This document shows, piece after piece, positions 47,554 to 57,068 of a stretch of 64,000 nt of DNA. A program made the translations under genes and the position numbers. The notes beneath the pieces are model-generated. The model was given only the letters and a program-made list of their open reading frames with translations. It was not told where the DNA came from and did not search any database. The DNA is from a virus. Position 1 is the stretch's first letter, and the number at the start of each line of letters is the position of its first letter. Location of the stretch: the IMG/VR virus record IMGVR_UViG_3300009149_000014, positions 1 through 64,000 of that record; one strand, written 5' to 3'.

Positions 47554-48351
47554 ATGAGCTGTGCAGGATCAATAGTAGGCCCAAGTGGAATTGGACCAAG
47601 CGTTCTCAAAGTCAATACTGAGCCTTTGAAACGTTACGTTCTGCATAAGCTCGGTTATCCGAATATTAATGTTGAATTAACCGAGGCACAGCTTGAGGAT
47701 ATTATTCGAGTGGCTGGTGATTTCATCGCCATGTACTTTCCACGGGAGCAGAAAATTGCCACTTTTTACACTGTACCTCTGCAACCGACTTATCCGATGC
47801 CGGATGATGCGTGGTGGATCGAAGAAGTAAGCTGGGACCCCTACACAGCTAAAGTCGATGATATCTTCGGAGCCGATTACTACTTATTGAACTACGGTAA
47901 TTTCGTCGGCCCGAACTCTATGGTCTTAGACTATCACATGCTCCAGGCTTACCGAAAACATAGTGCTAAGATTCTTGGCGTCGAAGGACGTTGGGAAGTC
48001 ATGGGCGAAGTCGAAGGCCCTGTCACTGATGATCAATTGGATGCCAAATTCCAACGCATTCGATTAATCCCCACTCCGAAAGCATCTTTCCCGGTCGTTG
48101 TAGTATATCTTCCTTGCATCAACCACTTCAGAAGCCCTCAGGCCCGCAAACTGGCTTACGATTACGTGGAAGCTGAAGCGAGAATTGCTCTCGGCATGGC
48201 GAGACGTAAGATCCAGGGTGTGCCTACTCCAGATGGTGGCACATTGACTTACGATGGTGAGGCTTTGGTCAAAGAAGGCGAAGAGTTGAAAGATAAAATC
48301 TTAGAGCAAGCAATGCTCCAAGGTGAGCCTCTTGGGATTATAGCAATCTAA
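47554..48351 (+). CDS. neck protein, gp13-like
   Basis: YVLHKLGYPNINVELTEAQLED; RRKIQGVPTPDGG..YDG. Confidence 0.8.
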   Translation: MSCAGSIVGPSGIGPSVLKVNTEPLKRYVLHKLGYPNINVELTEAQLEDIIRVAGDFIAMYFPREQKIATFYTVPLQPTYPMPDDAWWIEEVSWDPYTAKVDDIFGADYYLLNYGNFVGPNSMVLDYHMLQAYRKHSAKILGVEGRWEVMGEVEGPVTDDQLDAKFQRIRLIPTPKASFPVVVVYLPCINHFRSPQARKLAYDYVEAEARIALGMARRKIQGVPTPDGGTLTYDGEALVKEGEELKDKILEQAMLQGEPLGIIAI

Positions 48352-48460
48352 GAAGGTGAAATATCACGCTTCCGACGAAAACACCAATTCCCAGCATTAC
48401 AATCGCTTGCATCTCATCGATGGATTCATAAACTCCGCAATAAGTATGGTTTCTTGCCAT
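48338..48460 (-). CDS. 40 aa putative membrane peptide
   Basis: MARNHTY...IVMLGIGVFVGSVIFHLL fills an otherwise empty gap. Confidence 0.35.
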   Translation of the reverse strand: MARNHTYCGVYESIDEMQAIVMLGIGVFVGSVIFHLLRLL

Positions 48461-48496
48461 TGTATATTTATTCAAACCTATTATAGAGGTGAAAAC

Positions 48497-48973
48497 ATGG
48501 AACCCATTGAAATCGGTAATTTGTTGCAAGTGTTGCCCGGTGGGTTGATTCGGGTCCCTACTTGTGAACCGCCGAGTGCTGTGAGCACTTTGCGGTTTTC
48601 TGCATATTATGCAGAGAGCAATTGTGATGGGGCTCTTGTTAGTCTTGCTGACGCTTTGGCGGCATTACCGGGGTCTGAGGTTATTTATGGGTTCAATTTT
48701 GGTCCACCTAATTTCCGACAACGATGGCTTAGATTACCGCCGACTCAGCTTGTTTGTCCTTGCCCTGGTAATACAGATTGGTATGGTATTTTAAGGGATC
48801 TTCCTAAGATTCAGACTGAAGAAGAGCCTGGTCCTTGTGGTCTTGAGACTGCTGAGTGGTGCCAAGAGCAGGATTATAATATTCCGCCTGCACCTGACAC
48901 TTATTTTGAAGCTGGTGAGTATCCGGCTGGGGTTGGGTTTTTGCCTCCTATTACACCCAACCAAAGGGATTAA
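48497..48973 (+). CDS. Cys/Pro-rich hypothetical (probably virion) protein
   Basis: SD GAGGTG before ATG 48497; lies within the neck cluster. Confidence 0.55.
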   Translation: MEPIEIGNLLQVLPGGLIRVPTCEPPSAVSTLRFSAYYAESNCDGALVSLADALAALPGSEVIYGFNFGPPNFRQRWLRLPPTQLVCPCPGNTDWYGILRDLPKIQTEEEPGPCGLETAEWCQEQDYNIPPAPDTYFEAGEYPAGVGFLPPITPNQRD

Positions 48974-48974
48974 G

Positions 48975-49604
48975 ATGCCTCTTTACGATTTCGGTAATCG
49001 TGATGAGCTTCCGGGACCTTCACAATTTTTGCAACAGTCTCAGGATAATCGGACTGAGCAAGAAAAAGTGAATGGTGCATTGTCGGTGTATAATCCTGAA
49101 TCGCCTGAAGTGCTTTTGGCTCGTACAAATGCCGATGAGATGATTAACACTTCGGGTGCTGAAGTGAAGATTTATCCTCGTACTGATAATGCGGATTTTG
49201 ATCTTGTTTGGGAAGAAGATCCGGACCCGACGTACTTAAATCATTACAAGATTAAGGCTTTTTTCAAGCCTGCGAATTTGAAAATTGAATTGAAGAAGTG
49301 GGGTATTGATACTGCTGCTCCGACTGAGGTTATTTTCAGTCATCGTCAGTTGTTTGAAGTGCTCGGTGAACGAATGCTTCGGGCAGGCGATGTTATCTAT
49401 TTGCCGTATAATGCAGCTGCGATCAATCCGACTCATTATAAAGTAACTAATGGTGCTCCGTCTGGAAATTATCGTTACATGTGGCTTTACTTCACTTGTC
49501 AAGCGGTGATTCTAAAGGCTGATACTACTGTTCGAGTTCAGGATGATTTGCAGGAACGTTTTCAGGCTGATCCTGGTGGTGCTGGTTTCAGGGAGTCTTA
49601 TTAA
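48975..49604 (+). CDS. neck/head-closure protein, gp14-like
   Basis: EMINTSG...VWEED, KKWGID, GDVIYLP. Confidence 0.7.
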   Translation: MPLYDFGNRDELPGPSQFLQQSQDNRTEQEKVNGALSVYNPESPEVLLARTNADEMINTSGAEVKIYPRTDNADFDLVWEEDPDPTYLNHYKIKAFFKPANLKIELKKWGIDTAAPTEVIFSHRQLFEVLGERMLRAGDVIYLPYNAAAINPTHYKVTNGAPSGNYRYMWLYFTCQAVILKADTTVRVQDDLQERFQADPGGAGFRESY

Positions 49605-49858
49605 TGGCTGAAGGCTTTAAAAATCTGCGTCGTGGCTTAGAAATTAAGATGCACGAAATTGTGAATGATGCCGCCCGTGATATTACCGATCGTGTGAATC
49701 GCTTTGAACCTGCATTTAAGGCTAAACCTTCTCAGACTGGTTCTGGGCCTGAGATGGCTGAGGTTACTGTGACTGGGGCTGCTGAGTTGTCGAAGGAGAA
49801 GCAGGCTTTGGTTAGGAAATCGATTGATGAAGCGATCGAAAAGACTTTGGGAAGATAA
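49604..49858 (+). CDS. hypothetical protein
   Basis: 84 aa, TAATG coupling. Confidence 0.55.
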   Translation: MAEGFKNLRRGLEIKMHEIVNDAARDITDRVNRFEPAFKAKPSQTGSGPEMAEVTVTGAAELSKEKQALVRKSIDEAIEKTLGR

Positions 49859-49860
49859 TA

Positions 49861-50562
49861 ATGAATAAAAAGTGTGCTGGTTGTTATCAGCTTAAACCGC
49901 TGAACGAATTTTCTCCGGACCGAAGAACCAAGAACCGTATGAAAGATTGTTGTGATAAGTGTATTCGAGAAAAATCGAAGATGAGATCGAAAAAACATTA
50001 TCACAACAATCGAAGAGAAATAATCAAAAAGAACGGTGAATACCAGAAAACAAATCGATCAATTAGTAACGCGGCTTGCAGAAAACATTATATTAGTCTT
50101 AAAAACGAGTGTTTTTCTGTTTTAGGTGATAGATGTTCTATTTGTGGTTGTAACCAAACAGAATGTTTGCAATTTGATCACAAACGAGATAATGGAACTC
50201 AAGAGAGAAGAATTCTAAAACCAGCACAGGTTTTTCGTCGAATTATAGAGAACCCTGATGAGTATCAAGTATTGTGTGCTAATTGTAATTGGCTGAAAAG
50301 AGAATCTTGGAAAACTAGAACGGAACTTGTGACAGAACTTAGAAATCAAGCAATTGCCAAATTTGGATCAGTTTGTTCACAATGCTCTGAAACGAATCGA
50401 GAAGTTTTACAATTTGATCATATCAACAATGATGGAGTGAATGGTGTTAATTATGGGGTCGCCAGTGCTAGGTATAAGAAATATATCAAGGAAGATGTTG
50501 ATTTGCAGCTTTTATGTTGCAATTGCCATCAGATTAAGTCCATCAATCAGTTGAGAATCTAA
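49861..50562 (+). mobile_element. free-standing HNH endonuclease with duplicated HNH unit
   Basis: Two copies of CxxC...LQFDH...(V/L)LCxNC; N-terminal CAGC/CDKC; A-rich codon use unlike its neighbours. Confidence 0.75.
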
Positions 50563-50563
50563 A

Positions 50564-51388
50564 GTGAGTATTTACGATTTTAATGCTGATCTTCGTCAGT
50601 CTCCTAGTCCTGAGATGTTGGGTCCGCATGTTCGTAAGATTCCTGGTATTGAGCAGCTCGATGATATTAAAGGTCAACGAGTTGAGAATTTAGGCGAGTT
50701 TAATTCTCAATATTCTGCTTATGTCCGTGAGGATGTGCCGGTTGCTTTTTATGGTCTTGAGCGGTCGTTGAAGCATTATTTTAGTGATATTCCGGTTCCT
50801 GCTAAGGATCACGTTCGGTTTATGCGGGTGCGGATTGCTGGTGCTGAGCTTGCGACTTTGTTTCATACTCAGAGTCAACAGGAGGGTAAGACGATTCTTC
50901 CGATTGCTGCTCTTGAGGGCGGGAAGGATTATGAATTTAATCCACTTAAATATAGTCTACCTTATTATCCGATGACTGTTCGTTATTTGAATAATTGTCG
51001 TAATAAGGTGGCGAAGGTTTTTCGACCTGTTCCTGTGCTTGTGAATTATACTCTCACTGTGATTACGCAGTCTAAGCGTGACATGGGTATTGTTCAGACG
51101 CATTTGTTGCGTCGTTTCAATCCTTATGCTGAATTGATGGTTGATGATGGTAGAATTAGCGGTGCAGTTCAATTGTACTATAAAGGTGCAAATACAACTA
51201 CACAGCTTGAAGTGCCTTTTGACCAGGATCAGATCCAAACGTGGGAATTGTCATTTCAGGCTGATACTTGGATTCCTTTGCCTGAGTTGATTACTCCTAC
51301 TGTTCGTGGTACTGTTGCGGTTTGGCGGGAAAGTTGCGGCAGTAGTATTAACCTTAAGATCCCTTCATTTTTAGACGCTGGAGTGTAG
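50564..51388 (+). CDS. tail terminator / sheath stabiliser, gp15-like
   Basis: ILPIAAL, PVPVLVNYTL; lies just upstream of the sheath. Confidence 0.65.
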   Translation: MSIYDFNADLRQSPSPEMLGPHVRKIPGIEQLDDIKGQRVENLGEFNSQYSAYVREDVPVAFYGLERSLKHYFSDIPVPAKDHVRFMRVRIAGAELATLFHTQSQQEGKTILPIAALEGGKDYEFNPLKYSLPYYPMTVRYLNNCRNKVAKVFRPVPVLVNYTLTVITQSKRDMGIVQTHLLRRFNPYAELMVDDGRISGAVQLYYKGANTTTQLEVPFDQDQIQTWELSFQADTWIPLPELITPTVRGTVAVWRESCGSSINLKIPSFLDAGV

Positions 51389-51389
51389 T

Positions 51390-51638
51390 ATGGTTAAGGC
51401 CGTTAAGACCGCTCGAACCAAAGAGCGAAATCCTGTTCGTATCATTAATGTTTCGCGACAAATGATTCCAATTCAGTTAACTGCTGAAGGCGAAGATTTT
51501 TTCAGAGGCCAACAGCAAATTCAGCTTCATGCTGGTCAAGATGTTTTGGTGGATGAGAAGTATCTCATTAAGGGACAGACTGAGAACCTTGCACAACGTG
51601 GTTTGTTAAAACTTATTAGGCAAACCAAGAGTGAGTGA
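51390..51638 (+). CDS. small pre-sheath protein
   Basis: SD GGAG; paralogue of 39446-39673. Confidence 0.6.
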   Translation: MVKAVKTARTKERNPVRIINVSRQMIPIQLTAEGEDFFRGQQQIQLHAGQDVLVDEKYLIKGQTENLAQRGLLKLIRQTKSE

Positions 51639-51715
51639 TATTCGCCTTCAATAGAATACGCTCCGTCCGGCAAAATTACCTTTGAACAATCTAATAATTG
51701 CGGAGCTTTGATACA

Positions 51716-54571
51716 ATGCCAACTTACTTGAGCCCCGGCGTTTACTCAAGAGTGGTCGAAATTGCCACGTTGCCAAATGCGACTGGTCCACTTCGTCCTG
51801 GCTTTATTGGTACTGCCAATAAAGGTCCTGTGAATACGCCTGTATTGATCACCAATGCTCAGCAATTCATCGACGTTTTCGGCGAGCCCTTCCCAGATAG
51901 CTATCTCGGATACGCTGTTTTGGCTTTCCTTGAAGAAGGGAATCAAGCATACGTCCTTCGAGTTGCTGTTGAATGCGAAGAGGGACAACCACAAGAATTG
52001 CGTGACGTCTGTATCGACACCAGTGGTTCCAGAATCGAAGGTTGGGGTCGTGTCCCAGTCTTTTCTGGAATCGATGTCGGTCGTATTCCATTCCGAGCAA
52101 TCGGTGACGGAAACAATGCCAATCCAGGGCCTGTTTCATTTCACCCAGCCAGCATTTTCAATAGCAACTATGTTGATGCTAGCCTGAGTAGCACTAATGG
52201 TGCTACCGCTGCCACTCTTGGTTTTCTGGGCAATTACACAGGCGATATCGACGATTCATTCACTTTGGTAATTCGAAGTGAGCCAGATCTTTCTTCCGGA
52301 GCCGGAATCGGCGGTGCAGAATTTCAAATCATTCGTAATAGCGATGGTGAAGTTCTGGTCGATGATGTGCTCGTTGATCAAAGTGCTAATAACATCAGTG
52401 ATTGGATTCCAGTACCGGATGCTGGTTTCAGTGTTCGGGTCGAACTGACTTCGGGCGAGCTTGATATCGGTGACACTTTCACTTGGAATGTTGAGCCTGA
52501 CAACCGATCTTTTGCGATCGCAGTTGAAGGTGATGCGACTCCAAACGTGTATCAAATGCCAACCGCAACTTTCACAAGTGTCAATGATTTTGTGGTCGCT
52601 GCTAATGCTTTGTTGGTTGGTGAAGACTACATTTTCGCCCCTAACATCGTTGATGGTGTTACAATCGCGGAAGTACAATCGATCACTGAAGGTGACAGAA
52701 TTCAGTTGATGGCTACCAATGCGTTTGCTCTTGAATTGAATACCCGGCAATATGCTTGGGATATTCCACGAGCTTACTTGCTTGGTCTCGATCCAGGTCC
52801 TTACACTTTCAGTTCACAAAACAATCGTGTGATCTTGAACGTGATCGGCGAGAACGACACACAACAAATCTCTGTGTCAGTCGCTACCGGAACGAATATC
52901 ACCACTACTTCTATCGTTGGTACAATCGACGGTGCTGGTTCAATCAATGGTGAAAATTTCTACGAAGCGATCGAGTTGACCGTACCAGGTGGCACGACTC
53001 ACTTGGCAATCATTACTCATCCAGATCATCAAAACGATACACTTGAATTGTTGGCTAACTTCAGCAATATCAAAGTTCTTCGATTCGCTGACGAAGTGGA
53101 TATCATCAATCCTTACCGCCGAAGCTACCGAGGTTTCTTCGATAGCCGAACTTCTCTTCCAGAGCCTGGACAAAACGATCCGTCCGTACCACTTTCTTGT
53201 GAAATGAATCCACTCAGTGCTGCATGCATCGCTGATTCGAATTACTTCCAGAATATTGTTGGTTGGTTCGTTGCTCCAAGTGCTGGAACTTGGGCTGATA
53301 ACATCACGATTCAACTCTCGCTCTTCACTGAAGGTGTGGGTGATATCGCTGGTCGCTTCAAACTGATCGTCCTTGGTTCACAAGGTGAAATCCTGGAACG
53401 AGTTGAAGACTTTACCTTCGATAGACGAGACACCAACTACATCGCCAATTTGATCAATCCTGGCACAAGTGGTGGCGGTCTTCGTGGCAATCTTTTCGTC
53501 CATTGGGAAGATCGTCCAGGTTTCTTGGGCAATGATCCAAACTTGAGCACCTACGAACTACGTCAACCTTCACAATTTGCTGCTCGTCAGTACACTGGTG
53601 GTGCCAATGGTATCCCAACTGACCCAAGCTTTTCGAACTTGCTTGATGCTGCTGTTATCGGTAGCCCACAGCTTGCGACTGGTTTGTATGCTTTCGAAAA
53701 TCCAGAAGGACTTGAAATCGATGTGCTCGCTACTCCTGGTTTCAGCTCTGGAGCTGTTATTGGTACTGCGATTCAGATCGTTTCCAGCCGTGGTGATGCA
53801 GTTTACCTTGTTGATCCTCCGTTCGGTCTCCGACCACAACAAACGGTTGATTGGCACAATGGTATGCTTTTGAGCGATTTGCAACAAGCGATCAATACGA
53901 GTTATGCCGGTCTTTACACTGGTTGGCTGTTGGTCTTCGATCAGTTCAGTGGTCAGAACGTTTGGATTCCACCATCCGGTCACATTTCCGCAGTGTTCAG
54001 CCGATCCGCTCGTGATGCTGAACCTTGGTCAGCTCCTGCTGGTTTGCGTCGTGGTCGTTTGTTGAGCCCAATTGCGGTTGAATACTCGCCGACTCAAGGT
54101 GAACGCGATCTGCTTTACGGTTCTGGCAACAGTGTCAACCCGATCGTGAATTTCACTCAAGAAGGCTTGACAGTTTGGGGTAATCGCACCCTGCAACGTG
54201 GTGAAGCTCCTTTGAGCCGAATGGACGTTCGATTGCTTGTTAACCGAATTCGTCGTGGTCTTGCTCAGTTGCTTCGCAACTTTGTCTTCGAGCCAAATGA
54301 TCGGATTTTGTGGTCACAAGTTCGAGCTTCGATCAATCCGTTCTTGGCTGATATTCAGTCACGTCGTGGTTTGGTTGAGTACGTTCTGATTGTCGATGAG
54401 AATAACAACACGGCTGAACGAATCGACCGTGGTGAGCTTTGGGTATCTGTGATCTTGGTTCCGCAACGTGCTGCTGAGATCGTTGTACTCAACATTGGTG
54501 TTACTCGCCAAAGTGTGAGTTTGACTTCGGAAGAGGTCTTGTCAGCTGTTGGCGTTGTGAATGGTGGTTAA
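51716..54571 (+). CDS. contractile tail sheath protein (gp18-like)
   Basis: MPTYLSPGVY, GTANKGPVNTP, PPSG, WSAPAG.RRG, VNPI, WGNRTL, VRLL, FEPND. Confidence 0.95.
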   Translation: MPTYLSPGVYSRVVEIATLPNATGPLRPGFIGTANKGPVNTPVLITNAQQFIDVFGEPFPDSYLGYAVLAFLEEGNQAYVLRVAVECEEGQPQELRDVCIDTSGSRIEGWGRVPVFSGIDVGRIPFRAIGDGNNANPGPVSFHPASIFNSNYVDASLSSTNGATAATLGFLGNYTGDIDDSFTLVIRSEPDLSSGAGIGGAEFQIIRNSDGEVLVDDVLVDQSANNISDWIPVPDAGFSVRVELTSGELDIGDTFTWNVEPDNRSFAIAVEGDATPNVYQMPTATFTSVNDFVVAANALLVGEDYIFAPNIVDGVTIAEVQSITEGDRIQLMATNAFALELNTRQYAWDIPRAYLLGLDPGPYTFSSQNNRVILNVIGENDTQQISVSVATGTNITTTSIVGTIDGAGSINGENFYEAIELTVPGGTTHLAIITHPDHQNDTLELLANFSNIKVLRFADEVDIINPYRRSYRGFFDSRTSLPEPGQNDPSVPLSCEMNPLSAACIADSNYFQNIVGWFVAPSAGTWADNITIQLSLFTEGVGDIAGRFKLIVLGSQGEILERVEDFTFDRRDTNYIANLINPGTSGGGLRGNLFVHWEDRPGFLGNDPNLSTYELRQPSQFAARQYTGGANGIPTDPSFSNLLDAAVIGSPQLATGLYAFENPEGLEIDVLATPGFSSGAVIGTAIQIVSSRGDAVYLVDPPFGLRPQQTVDWHNGMLLSDLQQAINTSYAGLYTGWLLVFDQFSGQNVWIPPSGHISAVFSRSARDAEPWSAPAGLRRGRLLSPIAVEYSPTQGERDLLYGSGNSVNPIVNFTQEGLTVWGNRTLQRGEAPLSRMDVRLLVNRIRRGLAQLLRNFVFEPNDRILWSQVRASINPFLADIQSRRGLVEYVLIVDENNNTAERIDRGELWVSVILVPQRAAEIVVLNIGVTRQSVSLTSEEVLSAVGVVNGG

Positions 54572-54573
54572 GT

Positions 54574-54606
54574 AATGGGGAGCCCTTGAACCGGGTTCCC
54601 CATTTT
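54574..54606 (+). terminator. intrinsic terminator after the sheath gene
   Basis: AATGGGGAGCCC/GGGTTCCCCATT followed by TT. Confidence 0.7.
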
Positions 54607-54634
54607 CAAACAATCGGGGCAACCCGTTCACATA

Positions 54635-54670
54635 GGGGCGTGATTCTCGGTGGAATCACGCCCCATTTTT
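54635..54670 (+). terminator. second hairpin/terminator
   Basis: Perfect 12-bp GGGGCGTGATTC/GAATCACGCCCC followed by ATTTTT. Confidence 0.7.
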
Positions 54671-54718
54671 ATAGCCCCGTCCCCAAAGATACTTTGTCTT
54701 ATCTCGGGGGATAATACC

Positions 54719-55213
54719 ATGAGTGATCTTTTTATGACTGTGGAGTCTTTGGACTCCAAACATCGGGAAAAGTTCGTTCCGATTCTTCGATCTTGCATTG
54801 ATGAGACCAAGGTTGACCTTGAGGAAAGCATTCCTCATTATTTGTATAATCTTGGTCAGAACGCTGGGATAATGGGATTTAACATTTACGGCGATCCTAT
54901 TGCATATGTCTTGTATAATAAGACGCAAAATCATCCTATTCTTTTGATGCATTTTTGGGTTCATCCGAGATACAGACGGCAGAAAGTGGGGGCAAGAATG
55001 CTTGCTCATATTAGTCGTACTGAAAAACCCAGTTTGATTATGACGATTTTGAATGAAACATTGGTGACGGCTCAATTGTTTTTGAGATCTTTGGGATTCT
55101 TTTGCACGCAAATTATACGTAGTAGCGAATTTACTAATGATCAATATCGTTTCGTTGCGAATGTTTACAATCCCATGAACAGATTAGCGGTTTATAATCC
55201 GCAGATGTTCTAA
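54719..55213 (+). CDS. RimI-like GNAT acetyltransferase
   Basis: VHPRYRRQKVGARML; AQLFLRSLGF. Confidence 0.75.
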   Translation: MSDLFMTVESLDSKHREKFVPILRSCIDETKVDLEESIPHYLYNLGQNAGIMGFNIYGDPIAYVLYNKTQNHPILLMHFWVHPRYRRQKVGARMLAHISRTEKPSLIMTILNETLVTAQLFLRSLGFFCTQIIRSSEFTNDQYRFVANVYNPMNRLAVYNPQMF

Positions 55214-55257
55214 GAAAAACTAGAATAGTCGGATTCATCGAATTAGAGGACTAACTA

Positions 55258-55854
55258 ATGCCTGGCTTCAATGTTGCACCTTTTGGTGGTTCACTTCCTG
55301 GTGGCCCCTCGAATAATATCGAAACACGTCGCCAAAACCGTTGGGTTTTCGAATCCTTGGGTAGAGGTGCAAGTGCCTGGACTAACACTGAGTTGTTGCT
55401 CCTCGAATCGGCTTCTCGACCGAAATTCGAGTTCGAAGAAGTCGAGATGCACCACAACCAAGAAACTGCATACTTCGCTGGTAAGCACAAGTTCCAGCCA
55501 GTGAAAATGCGATGGTATGATGCCGAGCAAGATCCTGACATTTCGAAGGGTGTCTACCACTGGATTGAAACCGTGCTAGATATTGGTGACCAGCTGGTCG
55601 CCCACCCACGTTTTTACAAGCGTGAAGCTTCTTTGCGGATGTTGGATGGTACTGGTCAACCAAACGAAGTCTGGTCAATGATGGGCTGCTGGCCTAAAGA
55701 TTGTGACTGGGGCGATTTGGATTACACCTCTTCCAAGATCTGTATGATCGAATGCACAATGCGTTATGACCGTGCGGTTCGACAATTCTTGGACGGAAGC
55801 TGCCCAACTCCAATTGCACCACAACCAATCACGCCAAGCTGCCCAGTCGTTTAA
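55258..55854 (+). CDS. tail tube protein (gp19-like), probable major tube
   Basis: RQNRW, SASRPK, YFAGK, W.MMGCWP...WGDLDY, MRYDRA; SD GAGGA. Confidence 0.85.
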   Translation: MPGFNVAPFGGSLPGGPSNNIETRRQNRWVFESLGRGASAWTNTELLLLESASRPKFEFEEVEMHHNQETAYFAGKHKFQPVKMRWYDAEQDPDISKGVYHWIETVLDIGDQLVAHPRFYKREASLRMLDGTGQPNEVWSMMGCWPKDCDWGDLDYTSSKICMIECTMRYDRAVRQFLDGSCPTPIAPQPITPSCPVV

Positions 55855-55869
55855 TAACACTGGTGGTTT

Positions 55870-56481
55870 ATGCCTGGATTTAATGTTGGTCACTTTTTTG
55901 GTGAATGCGAAGATGGTGCACCGGGACTTAACGGTGCACCATCAATTGTTCCCAATGTTACTGAAACAGCTCGTAGACATCGTTACGAGCTGATTTTAAG
56001 CTCATTGCCCGGTAATCGTGCTGCAGATAGTATTTTCTTTCCCCTGATAGTTCCCTTGGCTTGTGAATCTCTCGACAGGCCAACGATGCGTATTCAAAAA
56101 GAAAGAGTGTGGAATGGAGCAGACTATGCTAACGTTCCACTTCGAGGCGAATACGATCCTATTAATGTGACTCTTTATGAAGTTCTCCGTGATGATGACA
56201 GTGCTCCAATTGCGAATTGGACATTAGAATCAGTTCTTTCATGGTGGACAAACAGCTCATTTAGTGTTATCCATTCCCGCCCTGGGTTTGCTACTTCTCG
56301 TCGAGTTACCGCTACTATCAAAATGTTGAATGGTCTTGGTAATCCGATCTGGGCATATAGATTGCATCGTTGCTGGCCGGAAGTTATCAGTCCGGATTCT
56401 CTGACATACAAAAATTCAGAAATAGCAACAGTCGCACTCACTTTGAATTTCGACAAAGTGGAAGAAGCAATCGATTTATAG
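55870..56481 (+). CDS. tail tube paralogue 2
   Basis: MPGF start, RRHRY, DRPT, CWP....LTY, LNFD. Confidence 0.7.
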   Translation: MPGFNVGHFFGECEDGAPGLNGAPSIVPNVTETARRHRYELILSSLPGNRAADSIFFPLIVPLACESLDRPTMRIQKERVWNGADYANVPLRGEYDPINVTLYEVLRDDDSAPIANWTLESVLSWWTNSSFSVIHSRPGFATSRRVTATIKMLNGLGNPIWAYRLHRCWPEVISPDSLTYKNSEIATVALTLNFDKVEEAIDL

Positions 56482-56489
56482 GTAACATA

Positions 56490-57068
56490 ATGCCCGGATT
56501 TATTATTAATCAATTGGGTGGTAACAATGGCGGGTTCTCTCCAGAACAACGTTACTATGCCTCATTTTCATGGGAGATTGTTGATATTAGTAACAAGCTT
56601 CCCACTTTTGCTCGATTTCTGAATAATACCCTACTTCTTCGCACTGCTACTCTCCCTCACGTTACCTTTCAAAAAATCGAAACAGAAGGAGGGACAATTA
56701 AATACAAGTTCGCTGGTAAACCCGCTTACGAAGATGTTCGAATTTCATGGTACGACACTGAAAATTTAGCAACCGTCTATAAAGAATGGTATAATATCAT
56801 TTATACCAATGATCTCGGCATTCAAGCTCCAAATGCATATAAAGGTGACGCTGTTCTGCGTAAATACTTATCGGACAGACCTGATAGTCAAGCCAGTCCG
56901 GTTACAGAACCAGCCTCCCAACCTAGTGGTACAGTAAGATATCAATTGTTTGGGTCGTGGCCTACGTCATTTAAGGAAAGTGAACTCACCTACCTTGAAG
57001 CGTCCATAAAAAGTGTCGAAGTTACCCTAACATACGATTATTTCGAATCGGAAATAACAGATGCCTAA
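56490..57068 (+). CDS. tail tube paralogue 3
   Basis: MPGF start, ATLP, KFAGK, GSWP....LTY, LTYD. Confidence 0.7.
   Translation: MPGFIINQLGGNNGGFSPEQRYYASFSWEIVDISNKLPTFARFLNNTLLLRTATLPHVTFQKIETEGGTIKYKFAGKPAYEDVRISWYDTENLATVYKEWYNIIYTNDLGIQAPNAYKGDAVLRKYLSDRPDSQASPVTEPASQPSGTVRYQLFGSWPTSFKESELTYLEASIKSVEVTLTYDYFESEITDA

Noticed and set aside
54656-55144. 162 aa minus-strand ORF
   Set aside because: Antisense to the GNAT, which has clear motifs.
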